A stretch of DNA of 64,000 nucleotides from Candidatus Eiseniibacteriota bacterium (GTDB lineage Bacteria; Eisenbacteria; RBG-16-71-46; DASYSL01), in NCBI GenBank assembly GCA_050733935.1, contig JBOHUC010000024.1, positions 8,750 through 72,749 of the forward strand. The letters run 5' to 3'. Positions 49,292 through 58,299 of this stretch are shown here, piece after piece (the first letter of the stretch is position 1; each line of letters opens with the position of its first letter). The position numbers were made by a program, and so were the translations under genes. The notes under the pieces are model-generated. The model was not told the DNA's origin, did not search any database, and worked only from the letters and a program-made list of their open reading frames with translations.

Positions 49292-50668
49292 CTAATTCAC
49301 GACCGTCACGCGGGTCACAGCCTTTACACCCGGGAATTCGAGGCGTGCGAGGAAGAGCCCGCTGCTCACGCGGCGCCCCGCGTCGTCGCGACCGTCCCAC
49401 TCGACGCCCGTCGCGGCGAGCGGCGCTTCGAGACTCCGGACCTGCCGCCCCGCGACCGTGAACAGCGTGATGCGGCCTGCCGCCGGAAGCGGAAGCCCGA
49501 ACGCAAGGAGAGAGGTTCCATCCGTGACCGCAGGCTGCGCGCGGAAGCGAAGCGTTCCGCCGGCGAGCGCGGCGGTTCCGTCGCCCGCGCCGCCCGCACC
49601 GTCGCGCGGCTCGAGCACGAAGCCTCGCATCCCGCCCTCGTGAATGCCCCAGCCTACGATCTGTCCCGCATCGTTGATCCCGCGCGCTTCCCAGAACTCC
49701 CATCCCTCGGCGTTCGCGACCAGGCTCTTGAGCTCGACTGGCTCTTCTCCCGCGAGGGCGACGAACGCGCGGCATCCGCCCCACGAGCCGACGACGTCGC
49801 CGTGCGCGTTCACCCCGTAGGCGCGGCCCCCCTGAGCCCCGATCCGCTCGACCTTTCCGTTCGCGTAGCGCACGGGCTGGAACTGGTGGGAGCCGTCCTC
49901 CGACGCGCCGACCACGAGTCCCGCCGCGTTCACCGCATAAGCGTGGCTGTGCCGGCCGCCGGGAAGCGTGCCCAAGTCCTCGAGACGTCCGCTCGCCTCG
50001 CTCCAGGCGAAGGCGTGCGACGCGGCATCGCCCTGGATCCCGGCGTCCCCGACCACGAGACCGGCGTCGTTCACGGCGAACGCGCGGCTGTGCGTGCCGC
50101 CCAGCGTACCGAGATCGATCGTCTCGCCCGACGGGCTCCTCTGGAACGCGCGCTCGCTCGTCTCCTCCGCGACGGTCGTGCCGACGACGACTCCGCGTGC
50201 GTTGATCCCGCGGGCGCCACCCGAGGTTGCGCCGAGGTCGTCACTGAAGCGCTCCCCCCCGCGAACCGCGTGCAGGCGGAATTCCGAGTCCTTTGCCCAG
50301 CCTGCAAGCGTGCCGCTCGAGTTGAGGGCGTAAGCGAATGATTCGCCCTCGGCGCGCAGCGGCGTCATCCACTGGAACTTCCCCGCGCTCCATCGAAACC
50401 CGATCGCGGAGCCGTCCTCCCCGATCGCCCCGAAGAGCGTCCCGGCCACCTGACCCGCGTCGTTGATCGCGTAGGCCTGCGTGTCGCCGCGTTCGGAGGC
50501 GATCGGAACGAGCGTGTAGCGCGGTGCGTTGGCGGGTGCGGCAGCGGGTGCGGCAGCGGGTGCGGCAGCGGGCGCGGCACCTGCGGCGGCGAGTGCGGGT
50601 GAAGCAAAGGTCGCCCCGGCGAGAAGAGCAGCTGCGGCCACGGAGGGCAGAGCGGGAAGGTTCGGCAT
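49292..50668 (-). CDS. Secreted HAF-family extracellular repeat protein with a C-terminal T9SS/FlgD-Ig-like sorting domain
   Basis: Signal peptide plus an (AAAP)n linker. Repeated H-A/S-F-x-W ... NxxGxVVG modules. C-terminal ...GRQVRSLEAPLAATGVEWDGRDDAGRRVSSGLFLARL... RBS GGAG precedes the ATG at 50668. Confidence 0.7.
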   Translation of the reverse strand: MPNLPALPSVAAAALLAGATFASPALAAAGAAPAAAPAAAPAAAPANAPRYTLVPIASERGDTQAYAINDAGQVAGTLFGAIGEDGSAIGFRWSAGKFQWMTPLRAEGESFAYALNSSGTLAGWAKDSEFRLHAVRGGERFSDDLGATSGGARGINARGVVVGTTVAEETSERAFQRSPSGETIDLGTLGGTHSRAFAVNDAGLVVGDAGIQGDAASHAFAWSEASGRLEDLGTLPGGRHSHAYAVNAAGLVVGASEDGSHQFQPVRYANGKVERIGAQGGRAYGVNAHGDVVGSWGGCRAFVALAGEEPVELKSLVANAEGWEFWEARGINDAGQIVGWGIHEGGMRGFVLEPRDGAGGAGDGTAALAGGTLRFRAQPAVTDGTSLLAFGLPLPAAGRITLFTVAGRQVRSLEAPLAATGVEWDGRDDAGRRVSSGLFLARLEFPGVKAVTRVTVVN

Positions 50669-50779
50669 GGCGCAATCTCCGGTTGAGGGGTTTCGAATGA
50701 GGCCCGAGCATACGCCCGTCCGGGGGGACGTCAAAGCAGCGAGCGGAGCGCCTGTGGTATCCTCTTGTCGCAAACCCCC

Positions 50780-51649
50780 ATGGACCTGTCCCTGATCCTC
50801 GTCTACTACAAGGCCCGTGAACACCTGAGGGCCTGCCTGCCCTCCCTGCCCGCGGCGTGCGCGGGACTCTCGTACGAGGTGATCGTGGTCGACAACGCCT
50901 CGGCGGACGGTGTGGCGGCCGAAATGAGACGGGAATTCCCTCACGTCCGCTGGATCGAGAATTCCGAAAACGTGGGGTTCGCTCGCGGCGTGAACCGCGG
51001 GCTCGCAGTCGCGGGCGGCCGCGCCATCGCGCTCCTCAATCCGGACACGATCGTGGAGCCCGGAGCCTTCTCCACGCTCGTGCGTCATCTCGACCAGCAC
51101 CCGGCGACGGGCGCCGTCGGGCCCAAGATCCTCGACCCGGATGGCTCGATTCAGCTCTCCTGCCGGCGGTTTCCCACGCACTGGACGGGACTCTTCAACC
51201 GCTACTCGCTCCTCACCCGGCTCTTTCCGAACAACCCGTGGAGCCGCGCCTATCTCATGCTCGATTTCGATCACGCCTCGACACGGGCTGTCGACTGGAT
51301 CTCGGGCGCGTGCCTCGTGACCCGGCGCGACGTGGTCGAACGCGTCGGACCGATGGACGAGGCGTTCTTCCTCTTCAACGAGGACGTGGACTGGTGCCGC
51401 CGCATGCACGATGCGGGCTACGACGTCGTCTATCTTCCGGAAGCGCGCTGCATGCACGCGATCGGCGCGTCGAAGGGCGCGATTCCGCTGTGGCTCATCT
51501 GGCGGCGACACCAGGGCATGCGCCACTATTTCCGTAAGCACCACAAGGGACCGTGGCCGGTCATGCTGCTCACGGATCTCGGGATCCTCCTTCGCTGCGC
51601 CGCCCAGGTCGCGCTCAATCCCCTGCGCGCGCTCGGAGGTCCCGCTTGA
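50780..51649 (+). CDS. Glycosyltransferase family 2
   Basis: VDNASADG (DxD) and a GT-A fold N-terminal region. The ATG at 50780 is preferred over the TTG at 50765. Confidence 0.8.
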   Translation: MDLSLILVYYKAREHLRACLPSLPAACAGLSYEVIVVDNASADGVAAEMRREFPHVRWIENSENVGFARGVNRGLAVAGGRAIALLNPDTIVEPGAFSTLVRHLDQHPATGAVGPKILDPDGSIQLSCRRFPTHWTGLFNRYSLLTRLFPNNPWSRAYLMLDFDHASTRAVDWISGACLVTRRDVVERVGPMDEAFFLFNEDVDWCRRMHDAGYDVVYLPEARCMHAIGASKGAIPLWLIWRRHQGMRHYFRKHHKGPWPVMLLTDLGILLRCAAQVALNPLRALGGPA

Positions 51650-52701
51650 CGCCGGGCTGGCTCGGCGTGCTCGCCCTCACCGCCGCTGCGTTCGTGGTCG
51701 CGATTGCGTTCACGCCGGCCGTCATGCGGGCGGCGCAGCGTTTCGGCTTCGTCGATCATCCGGGCGAACGCAAGGTCCATCGCGAGCCGATGCCTACCGG
51801 CGGCGGTTTCGCAGTCGCGGGCGCGTTCTTTGCCGTCCTGTGGATCTCGACGTTGTTCCCGGGAGCCCCGCCGATGCGCGCGGTCATCGGGCTCACGGTC
51901 GTCGGCGTCCTCGCTCTCCTCCTCGGATATTTCGACGACCGCTTCCGGCTTCCGGCGTGGTTCAAGCTCATCGTCCAGGCGGGCTGCGGAGTCTTGCTGC
52001 ACCAGTTCGGCTTTGGCGTCGACAAGCTCTCGAACCCGTTCGCGGGCGATCGAGCGGCGATCGAGCTCCAGGGCCTCGGAATCCTGGTCGACGTCATCTG
52101 GGTGCTCGCGATCACGAACGCGATCAATCTGATCGACGGTCTCGACGGCCTGGCCACGGGCGTGGTCGCGATCGCGACGGGGGCGCTGGTCGCGGTCGCG
52201 ACCATCCATCAAGACGCCTCGGTGATCTGGGTGGGAGCGATCCTGGTCGGTGCGTGCCTCGGGTTCCTGCGCTACAACTTCCCGCCCGCGCGCATGTTCC
52301 TCGGCGACACGGGGAGCCAGTTCCTCGGCATGATGATGGCGGCGCTCGCGCTGCTCGAGAACAACAAGGGCACGGCCGCGATCACGCTCCTCCTTCCGAT
52401 CGTCGCGATGGGCCTGCCGCTCCTCGATTCAGGGCTCGCGTTCGTCCGGCGGCTCGGTCGGGGCGGCCGGATCTTCCGCGCCGACCAGGAGCACCTGCAC
52501 CACAGGCTCCTCCACCTCGGGCTCACGCAGCGCCAGGTCGTCACGCTCATGTACTACGCGTGCGCGTACCTCGGGATCACGGCCTACATGCTGTCGTTCC
52601 TGCCGCGGCGGGCGGTGCTGCTCGTCCTCGTCCTCCTCACCATGGGCCTCGTGCTCGCGCTCGAGACGCTCGAGTTCATCGATCGCCGATCCCGTCGCTA
52701 G
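51646..52701 (+). CDS. Glycosyltransferase family 4, undecaprenyl-phosphate sugar-phosphate transferase (WecA/MraY-like)
   Basis: VDHPGERKVH, NAINLIDGLDGLA and FLGDTGSQFLG motifs. The TTG start overlaps the GT2 stop (TTGA). Confidence 0.75.
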   Translation: MTPGWLGVLALTAAAFVVAIAFTPAVMRAAQRFGFVDHPGERKVHREPMPTGGGFAVAGAFFAVLWISTLFPGAPPMRAVIGLTVVGVLALLLGYFDDRFRLPAWFKLIVQAGCGVLLHQFGFGVDKLSNPFAGDRAAIELQGLGILVDVIWVLAITNAINLIDGLDGLATGVVAIATGALVAVATIHQDASVIWVGAILVGACLGFLRYNFPPARMFLGDTGSQFLGMMMAALALLENNKGTAAITLLLPIVAMGLPLLDSGLAFVRRLGRGGRIFRADQEHLHHRLLHLGLTQRQVVTLMYYACAYLGITAYMLSFLPRRAVLLVLVLLTMGLVLALETLEFIDRRSRR

Positions 52702-52715
52702 CTTTTGCTTTTGCG

Positions 52716-52755
52716 CGGTCGCGCGGAGCGTTCTTCGGTCGCGCGGGGCGTCTTT
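52716..52755. repeat. Two 20-bp tandem direct repeats (CGGTCGCGCGGRGCGTYTTT) plus a degenerate third
   Basis: Seen directly in a locally lower-GC intergenic stretch, 52702-53040. Confidence 0.5.
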
Positions 52756-53040
52756 GGTCGGGGCCCGGTGCGCGATCGCGCCGAACTTTTTTGGCGCGCT
52801 ATGAGAGATTTTTCTTGACGCTCTTTCAGCGTCGGAGCGGTTGTCGCTCCCGGGTCTCTCAAAGGACACGCGCGAGCGTGCTCAGGATCGCTCGACTCGC
52901 GAGATCCGGCGGAGGTCCGGCGCAGCGCTCATGAGGCTCTGAACGACGCTCGTTGCGCGGCTGTCCGGGCGTGTCCGCCGCTCGTGATAGAAATGAATCG
53001 AGTCCCCGCTCGAAGGTGCGCCCCCGGTGGAGTCGTTGCC

Positions 53041-54198
53041 ATGCGTGCCTACGCCCTGACTCACCTCAGCGATGAAGTCCTGCTTCGCAATCTGAACGAG
53101 CTCGTTGCGCGGGACCGCCTGACGACGACGGAGCTCCTCGCCTGCCTGGCCGAGGTCGATGCCCGCAGGCTCTACGTCCCCGCGGGCTACACGTCGATGC
53201 ACGCCTTTTGCGTCGACGGCCTTCACCTGTCCGATGACGCAGCCTTCAAGCGGATCCAGGCCGCGCGGGCGGCGCGGCAGTTTCCGGCCCTCTTCGGAGC
53301 GCTGGCCGAGGGGCGGCTTCACCTCACGGCCGTGCGCCTCCTCGCGCCCCATCTCACCGAGGAGAACGCGGACGAGCTGATTCGGGCCGCGTCGCACCGG
53401 CGTAAGGGCGAGATCGAAGAGTTCCTCGCCCGGCGTTTCCCCCTGCCCGAGGGGCAGTCGATGGTCCAGACGCTCCGCGCGCTTCCCTCGGTTCGGGCGT
53501 TACCGAAGGTGGAACTTGCCCCGGGGCAAGTTGCCGCTGCGGTGCGAGGTCTCCTGGGCGAGGTTGCCCCGGGGCAAGTTGAGTCTCGTGAGCCGCAGCC
53601 GGCCGGTGAACTTGCCCCGGGGCAAGTTGGAACGGCGGTCGGAGGGCCTGCCTCCGCCCCGACGACGGCTCCGGCGCGCTACCTGCTTCGGCTCGCCATT
53701 GGAAAGACCACCCACGACCGGCTGCGGTACGCGCAGGAGTTGCTCAGCCATTCGGTGCCCTCGGGGGACATCGAGGCCGTTCTGGATCGCGCGCTCGAGG
53801 CCCTCATTCGTCAGCTCGAGTCCCGAAAGTTCGCGGCCACGAAGGAGGTGAAGCCAAAGCGTCGTGCGAACACGAAGCCCACGACGTCGGACAAGAGCCT
53901 GGGGGCGGTACCCATGCGGCGGGAGTCGGCTCGTGACCGGTACGTCCCGGCACGCGTCAAGCGTGGGGTCTGGAAGCGCGATCAGGGTCGGTGCACGTTC
54001 GTGGGTGAGAGCGGACATCGCTGTGAGGCGCGAAGCTTCCTCGAATTCGATCACATTGAGCCGCTGGCCCGAGGCGGAAGCGCGACCCGGGAGGGAACGC
54101 GACTCCGATGCCGGGCTCACAATCAGTTTGAAGCCGAGCGAGTGTTCGGCACCGGGTTCATGGCCCACAAACGAGAGCAGGCTCGAGCGGGCACCTAG
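53041..54198 (+). CDS. HNH endonuclease with an N-terminal DUF222-like domain (REP13E12-type)
   Basis: C-terminal HNH motif (...WKRDQGRCTFVGESGHRCEARSFLEFDHIEPLARGGSATREGTRLRCRAHNQ). The N-terminus is DUF222-like. Three in-frame palindrome copies encode ELAPGQV repeats. Confidence 0.75.
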   Translation: MRAYALTHLSDEVLLRNLNELVARDRLTTTELLACLAEVDARRLYVPAGYTSMHAFCVDGLHLSDDAAFKRIQAARAARQFPALFGALAEGRLHLTAVRLLAPHLTEENADELIRAASHRRKGEIEEFLARRFPLPEGQSMVQTLRALPSVRALPKVELAPGQVAAAVRGLLGEVAPGQVESREPQPAGELAPGQVGTAVGGPASAPTTAPARYLLRLAIGKTTHDRLRYAQELLSHSVPSGDIEAVLDRALEALIRQLESRKFAATKEVKPKRRANTKPTTSDKSLGAVPMRRESARDRYVPARVKRGVWKRDQGRCTFVGESGHRCEARSFLEFDHIEPLARGGSATREGTRLRCRAHNQFEAERVFGTGFMAHKREQARAGT

Positions 54199-54259
54199 CA
54201 CGACGAGTACGACGAGGCGTGCCCGCACACCGGAGCGCGCGGAGCTTCCTCTGCTGCGG

Positions 54260-55090
54260 CTAGCGGAAGCGGCCCGGCCCCCCGCCTTGCGCGAACAGCG
54301 GCAGCTGCACCGAGGATCCCGTGTTCCACGCGGGGCACATCGGCTGGAATTCGCACCAGTTGCAGAGCGGAGTGATCCGCGGCGGAAAATCGTCCGCCTG
54401 GGCCGCGCGCTGGATGCGCGCGATGAGCCCGAGCACGTTGAGTTTCAACTCGCGCAACTGGTCCGGTGTGCGGATCGAGAAGAGCATCCGGTCGTGGGCC
54501 AGGTAGTGCCACACGAGCTTGATCGAGTGCACATCGGGCAGCTGGAGCGTGACGCCCAACTGATAGAGCGCGAGCTGGCGATCGCGGTCGATCTCGTTCT
54601 GCGACGGCAGGCGGCGCGAGGTCTTGTAGTCGTGGATCTCGTAGTTCCCGCCGCCCAGATCCACGAGCCGGTCCACATAGCCGGTCAGGTGGACGTCGTT
54701 CTCCGGATCGAGCGGATAGGTGACGAGCATTTCCGCGCCCAGCGTGCGGCCGCGGTTGAACGGGTCGTGGCGCCGATAGTAGAGCTCGAGGCACCGCTCG
54801 GCGATGCGGCGATAGCCCGCGACCGTCTCTCCCGCCCGCACGACGTGGACGGCGCCGGACCACTCCCGTCCCCAGGCCTCCCGAAAGTGATCGAGGATTT
54901 CGGCCTGCGTGGGCTTGTAGCCCATCTCGATCGACTGATAGAGGAATTCGAGCGTCTCGTGGACGCGCTTCCCGAGGAACGACTCGATGCTCTCCCGTGG
55001 CGGGACTTCGACCTGATCCACGTACCGGAGACGGTATTGGAGCGGGCAGTTCTCGTAGGCATTGAGTCGGGAGTTCGAAAACGTCGCCAT
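54260..55090 (-). CDS. PD-(D/E)XK nuclease family protein (Cas4/RecB-like with a Cys cluster)
   Basis: N-terminal Cys (YENCPLQY), the D...E-x-K motif (VDRLVDL ... YEIHDYKTS), the QxxxY motif (QLALYQL), and a C-terminal CNWCEFQPMC. Confidence 0.7.
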   Translation of the reverse strand: MATFSNSRLNAYENCPLQYRLRYVDQVEVPPRESIESFLGKRVHETLEFLYQSIEMGYKPTQAEILDHFREAWGREWSGAVHVVRAGETVAGYRRIAERCLELYYRRHDPFNRGRTLGAEMLVTYPLDPENDVHLTGYVDRLVDLGGGNYEIHDYKTSRRLPSQNEIDRDRQLALYQLGVTLQLPDVHSIKLVWHYLAHDRMLFSIRTPDQLRELKLNVLGLIARIQRAAQADDFPPRITPLCNWCEFQPMCPAWNTGSSVQLPLFAQGGGPGRFR

Positions 55091-55139
55091 CGAGGAGCAA
55101 GTATAGTCCGCTCCTCGGACGCTCTGCTAGTGTGCCCGC

Positions 55140-55763
55140 ATGTCTCGCGCGCGACTTGCTGTCGCTTTCGCCGCGGTCGTCGCTCTGACCTCGCTCGCGC
55201 TCGTCGTCGGTTGCGGGGGCAATGACCGTTCGCGTGATCGCGCATCCGGGCGCGGCGGCGCGGCGCGTGAGACGCCGGCAGGAGAGACGCCGGCGGGAAC
55301 GGCAGGGGGGACGGGGACGCCCCAGGGCGCCGGGCCGGCCGATACGTCGCGCGAGGGGCGCACGTTCGTCGCGACCTACGACGACGGTCCCGTGGATCGC
55401 CTCCGGATCGTGCGCGACACCGCGGGCGGCCTCGTGGTCGAAGGGGCCACCGGCTTTCCGGATGGCACCGCGGTTCTGATCTCGCTGCTCCGTCCCACAG
55501 CCGGCGGGCGCACCGAAACCGTGGCGGCCACGCGCGCCCTGGTCGAGCTCGGGCGTTTCCAGGGCGAGCCCCTGCTCGCGGCGAGCGGACCGGTCCCGGA
55601 AGGCCCGGTCACGATTCGCGTGCTCGTGTCCTTCGCCCCGGGTCGCCAGTCGGACGCCGTCCTTCAGGCGACGGCGCGCGGGCGGCGATTCGGCGGCGCC
55701 GGAATGCGCGACACTCCCGACGGCCATGCCGTGTACGAGAGCACCGTGGAGGCGAACCTGTGA
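55140..55763 (+). CDS. Hypothetical lipoprotein
   Basis: Lipobox LVVGC signal peptide followed by a Gly/Thr/Pro-rich linker. Confidence 0.6.
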   Translation: MSRARLAVAFAAVVALTSLALVVGCGGNDRSRDRASGRGGAARETPAGETPAGTAGGTGTPQGAGPADTSREGRTFVATYDDGPVDRLRIVRDTAGGLVVEGATGFPDGTAVLISLLRPTAGGRTETVAATRALVELGRFQGEPLLAASGPVPEGPVTIRVLVSFAPGRQSDAVLQATARGRRFGGAGMRDTPDGHAVYESTVEANL

Positions 55764-57049
55764 AGAAGCGCCGGAGTGAGCACCGGAGTGACCGCCAGGG
55801 CGAGCGCGTGCGCATCGTCGTGCGCGAAGCGCGAAAGGGCGAGGAGGAGAAGCTCGCCGACAGCGGATTCCGTTCTTTTCGCACAGCCGATCGCGAGTCG
55901 TGGCTCAAGTACGTGTTCCGCGAGAACCCGCACCTCGTGGCGCCGGATACGCTCGTCGCCGAGATCGGAGGCCAGATCGCGGGCCAGGCCTCCGGTTTCC
56001 GGTTCACGATGAGCCTCGCCGGACGCGACGTGCCGGTGCGCGGCATCGCCGCCGTCGCGGTCGTCCCCGAGTTCCGCCGCCAGGGCGTGGCGGACGCCGT
56101 GATGCTCGCGCTCCACCGCCAGATGAAGCGGCGCAAGGAAGCGCTGTCCATGCTGTATCCGTTCCGGATGTCGTTCTACCGGAAGTTCGGCTACGGGACG
56201 GTGGAGTGGCTCGAGTTCCTGCGCGTGAGCCCCGATCAGCTCCCCGAATCGCCGCTGCGCCGGAACGTGCGCCGGTTCGATCGCGAGAAGGACGCCGCCG
56301 CTCTCGCGCGCGCCTACGAGGCGGCCCGCGCCGGCACCTCGGGCCGCATCCTGCGCAGCAAGGACTGGTGGGATGTGCGCGTGCTCGCGCGCGTCGGCGA
56401 GGGCGTGGTCTACGTCGACCCGGGCTCGCGCCGGATCACGGGCTACGCCCTGTTCGACATCCCCGCCGATCCCCCCTATCCGCGCCAGCACGCGCTCGTG
56501 CGCGAGCTCGTCGCGGCCACGCCCGAAGCGTTTCGCGGGATCCTCGGTTTCTTCGAATCGCTCGGGGATCAGTACAAGATGCTCGAGCTCTCGTTTCCAC
56601 GCGGACAGGGCCTGGGACTCGAGCAGAACTTCGGAGTGATCGGACTTCCCGAGCCGCTCCGTCTCTTTCAGACCGCGGGCTACGCGTCGGCCGGGGCGAT
56701 GCTCCGGCTCGTCGACGTCGCGGCGGCGTTCGCGCTCCATCCCGGACCGGCGGCGAACGGAGCCCGGGGACGGCTCGGCCTCGATCTCGAGGACCCGGTG
56801 TTCCCGGGTCAGACGGGCGCCTTCGATGTGACGTTCGGGGCCTCGGGCGCGCGTGTCGCGCGCGGACGGAGCGCGCGCGATCGGCTCGCGCTTTCGGTCG
56901 CGACGCTCGCTCAGATCTACGGGGGTGGGACCTCCGCGCGCGTGCAGCTCGGACAGGGAATGATCGCGGGGAGCGCGCGCGCGGCGCGGCTCCTCGATCG
57001 CGCGTTCGAGGGTCCGCCGGTTCACCTGCTGCCGCTCAACGGATTCTGA
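55760..57049 (+). CDS. Eis-like GNAT acetyltransferase (GNAT plus a sterol-carrier-like C-terminal domain, ends in Phe)
   Basis: RRQGVADAVM motif A, ~400 aa, and a C-terminal ...LPLNGF. The GTG start overlaps the upstream stop (GTGA), and the N-terminal 16 aa are uncertain. Confidence 0.72.
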   Translation: MKKRRSEHRSDRQGERVRIVVREARKGEEEKLADSGFRSFRTADRESWLKYVFRENPHLVAPDTLVAEIGGQIAGQASGFRFTMSLAGRDVPVRGIAAVAVVPEFRRQGVADAVMLALHRQMKRRKEALSMLYPFRMSFYRKFGYGTVEWLEFLRVSPDQLPESPLRRNVRRFDREKDAAALARAYEAARAGTSGRILRSKDWWDVRVLARVGEGVVYVDPGSRRITGYALFDIPADPPYPRQHALVRELVAATPEAFRGILGFFESLGDQYKMLELSFPRGQGLGLEQNFGVIGLPEPLRLFQTAGYASAGAMLRLVDVAAAFALHPGPAANGARGRLGLDLEDPVFPGQTGAFDVTFGASGARVARGRSARDRLALSVATLAQIYGGGTSARVQLGQGMIAGSARAARLLDRAFEGPPVHLLPLNGF

Positions 57050-57091
57050 TCGAACCTGGCCGCGTCAATATCGCGGCCTATCGTCACATCG

Positions 57092-57652
57092 TCACATCGT
57101 CGGCGGCGGCTCGACTCCCATCATCCTCAAGTAGAGAGCGAGCTGCGCCCGGTGGTGGATCTCGTGTTCCTGCGTACACGCGAGAATCCAGTGGAGCGTC
57201 GCCTTCTTCTCGGCTCCGCTCTGCGCCCGGTACGTGATCACACGATCGATCTCGAACGCGGGCTTGTCGAGCCACGCTTGCGTGCGCCGGTGCTCGACGT
57301 CGAGCAGCTCGAGGAGCGCGGCATGATCGCGCGCTTCCGGCACCGTGACCCAGCCCTGCTGCGGATCCGCATGCGGCACGACCCACTCCTCGTACGGTCC
57401 ACCCTCGAGCACGTGATGGATCCAGCCGCGCTCCGATTCCGCGATGTGGACGAGGAGCTGCTGGGCGGTGAGCATTGCGGGGCGGGGCTTGAAGTCGAAG
57501 CGATCGACCGGCAGCGCCTCGACCGCGAGCCTGAGGAACGGGCGGTACTGCGCGTCCCAGAGCGGAAAATAGGAACGGACCGTCCCGGCGGCCGAAGCGG
57601 CCGACAGACCGCGCGCGGTATCACGGATGCGGACGGCGATGGACGTCGCCAA
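57092..57652 (-). CDS. DinB family protein
   Basis: LLVHIAESERGW ... and the C-terminal QEHEIHHRAQL motif. Confidence 0.75.
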   Translation of the reverse strand: MATSIAVRIRDTARGLSAASAAGTVRSYFPLWDAQYRPFLRLAVEALPVDRFDFKPRPAMLTAQQLLVHIAESERGWIHHVLEGGPYEEWVVPHADPQQGWVTVPEARDHAALLELLDVEHRRTQAWLDKPAFEIDRVITYRAQSGAEKKATLHWILACTQEHEIHHRAQLALYLRMMGVEPPPTM

Positions 57653-57756
57653 GAGTCACCTCGCGAAACGAAAGCGCCGGACCCCGCGAGGGATCCGGCG
57701 TCGTGACAGCTCGAAGGTGGTCGCCCGTCAGGAAGCCCGGGCGGCCGCGGACCGCG

Positions 57757-58290
57757 TCAGATGCCCGCGTCGACCACGAGCACGAGCGTGGCAGGATCGA
57801 CCACGAAGTCGTTCCCCGATCCGCCCACCACGTAGATCGTGAACATCCCGTCGCCCTTGATCTCGTTGAGAACGGTTCCCTTGCCGTCCGGAGCAAAGAG
57901 CTTCGCGGAGTCGTCCCAGTCGATCGTCACCGTCTCCCCGGCCGGGACGTCGAACGGGCCCCAGAGCAGGAGGGCATTGGTCGTGATCTGGTTCACCGTC
58001 GTGTAGCTCGTCTCATCGGCCGTGATGTAGACCGTGACGGTGGCGTCAGGACCGCCGGTGTTCGTGACCGTTCCGAGTACCGCGAGATCGGCCAGTCCGT
58101 CGAGATCGTCCTTGTGATCGTTGTAGCTGTCGATCGTGTTCAGGTCGACGTCTTCCTCATGGAACGGGGTGCCGCTGTCGATGGTGATCGGCGCATCCAG
58201 AGGGACGTCAATCGTGATCTGCCCCGTCGTCAGGATGCACCCGACGAACAGGAGGGGCAGTACGAGGGCAAGCGTTTTGAATCTCTTCAT
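57757..58290 (-). CDS. Hypothetical Asp/Thr-rich lipoprotein
   Basis: Lipobox LFVGC. GC content is lower than in the neighbours (about 60%). No recognisable domain. Confidence 0.6.
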   Translation of the reverse strand: MKRFKTLALVLPLLFVGCILTTGQITIDVPLDAPITIDSGTPFHEEDVDLNTIDSYNDHKDDLDGLADLAVLGTVTNTGGPDATVTVYITADETSYTTVNQITTNALLLWGPFDVPAGETVTIDWDDSAKLFAPDGKGTVLNEIKGDGMFTIYVVGGSGNDFVVDPATLVLVVDAGI

Positions 58291-58299
58291 GGCGCCCTC

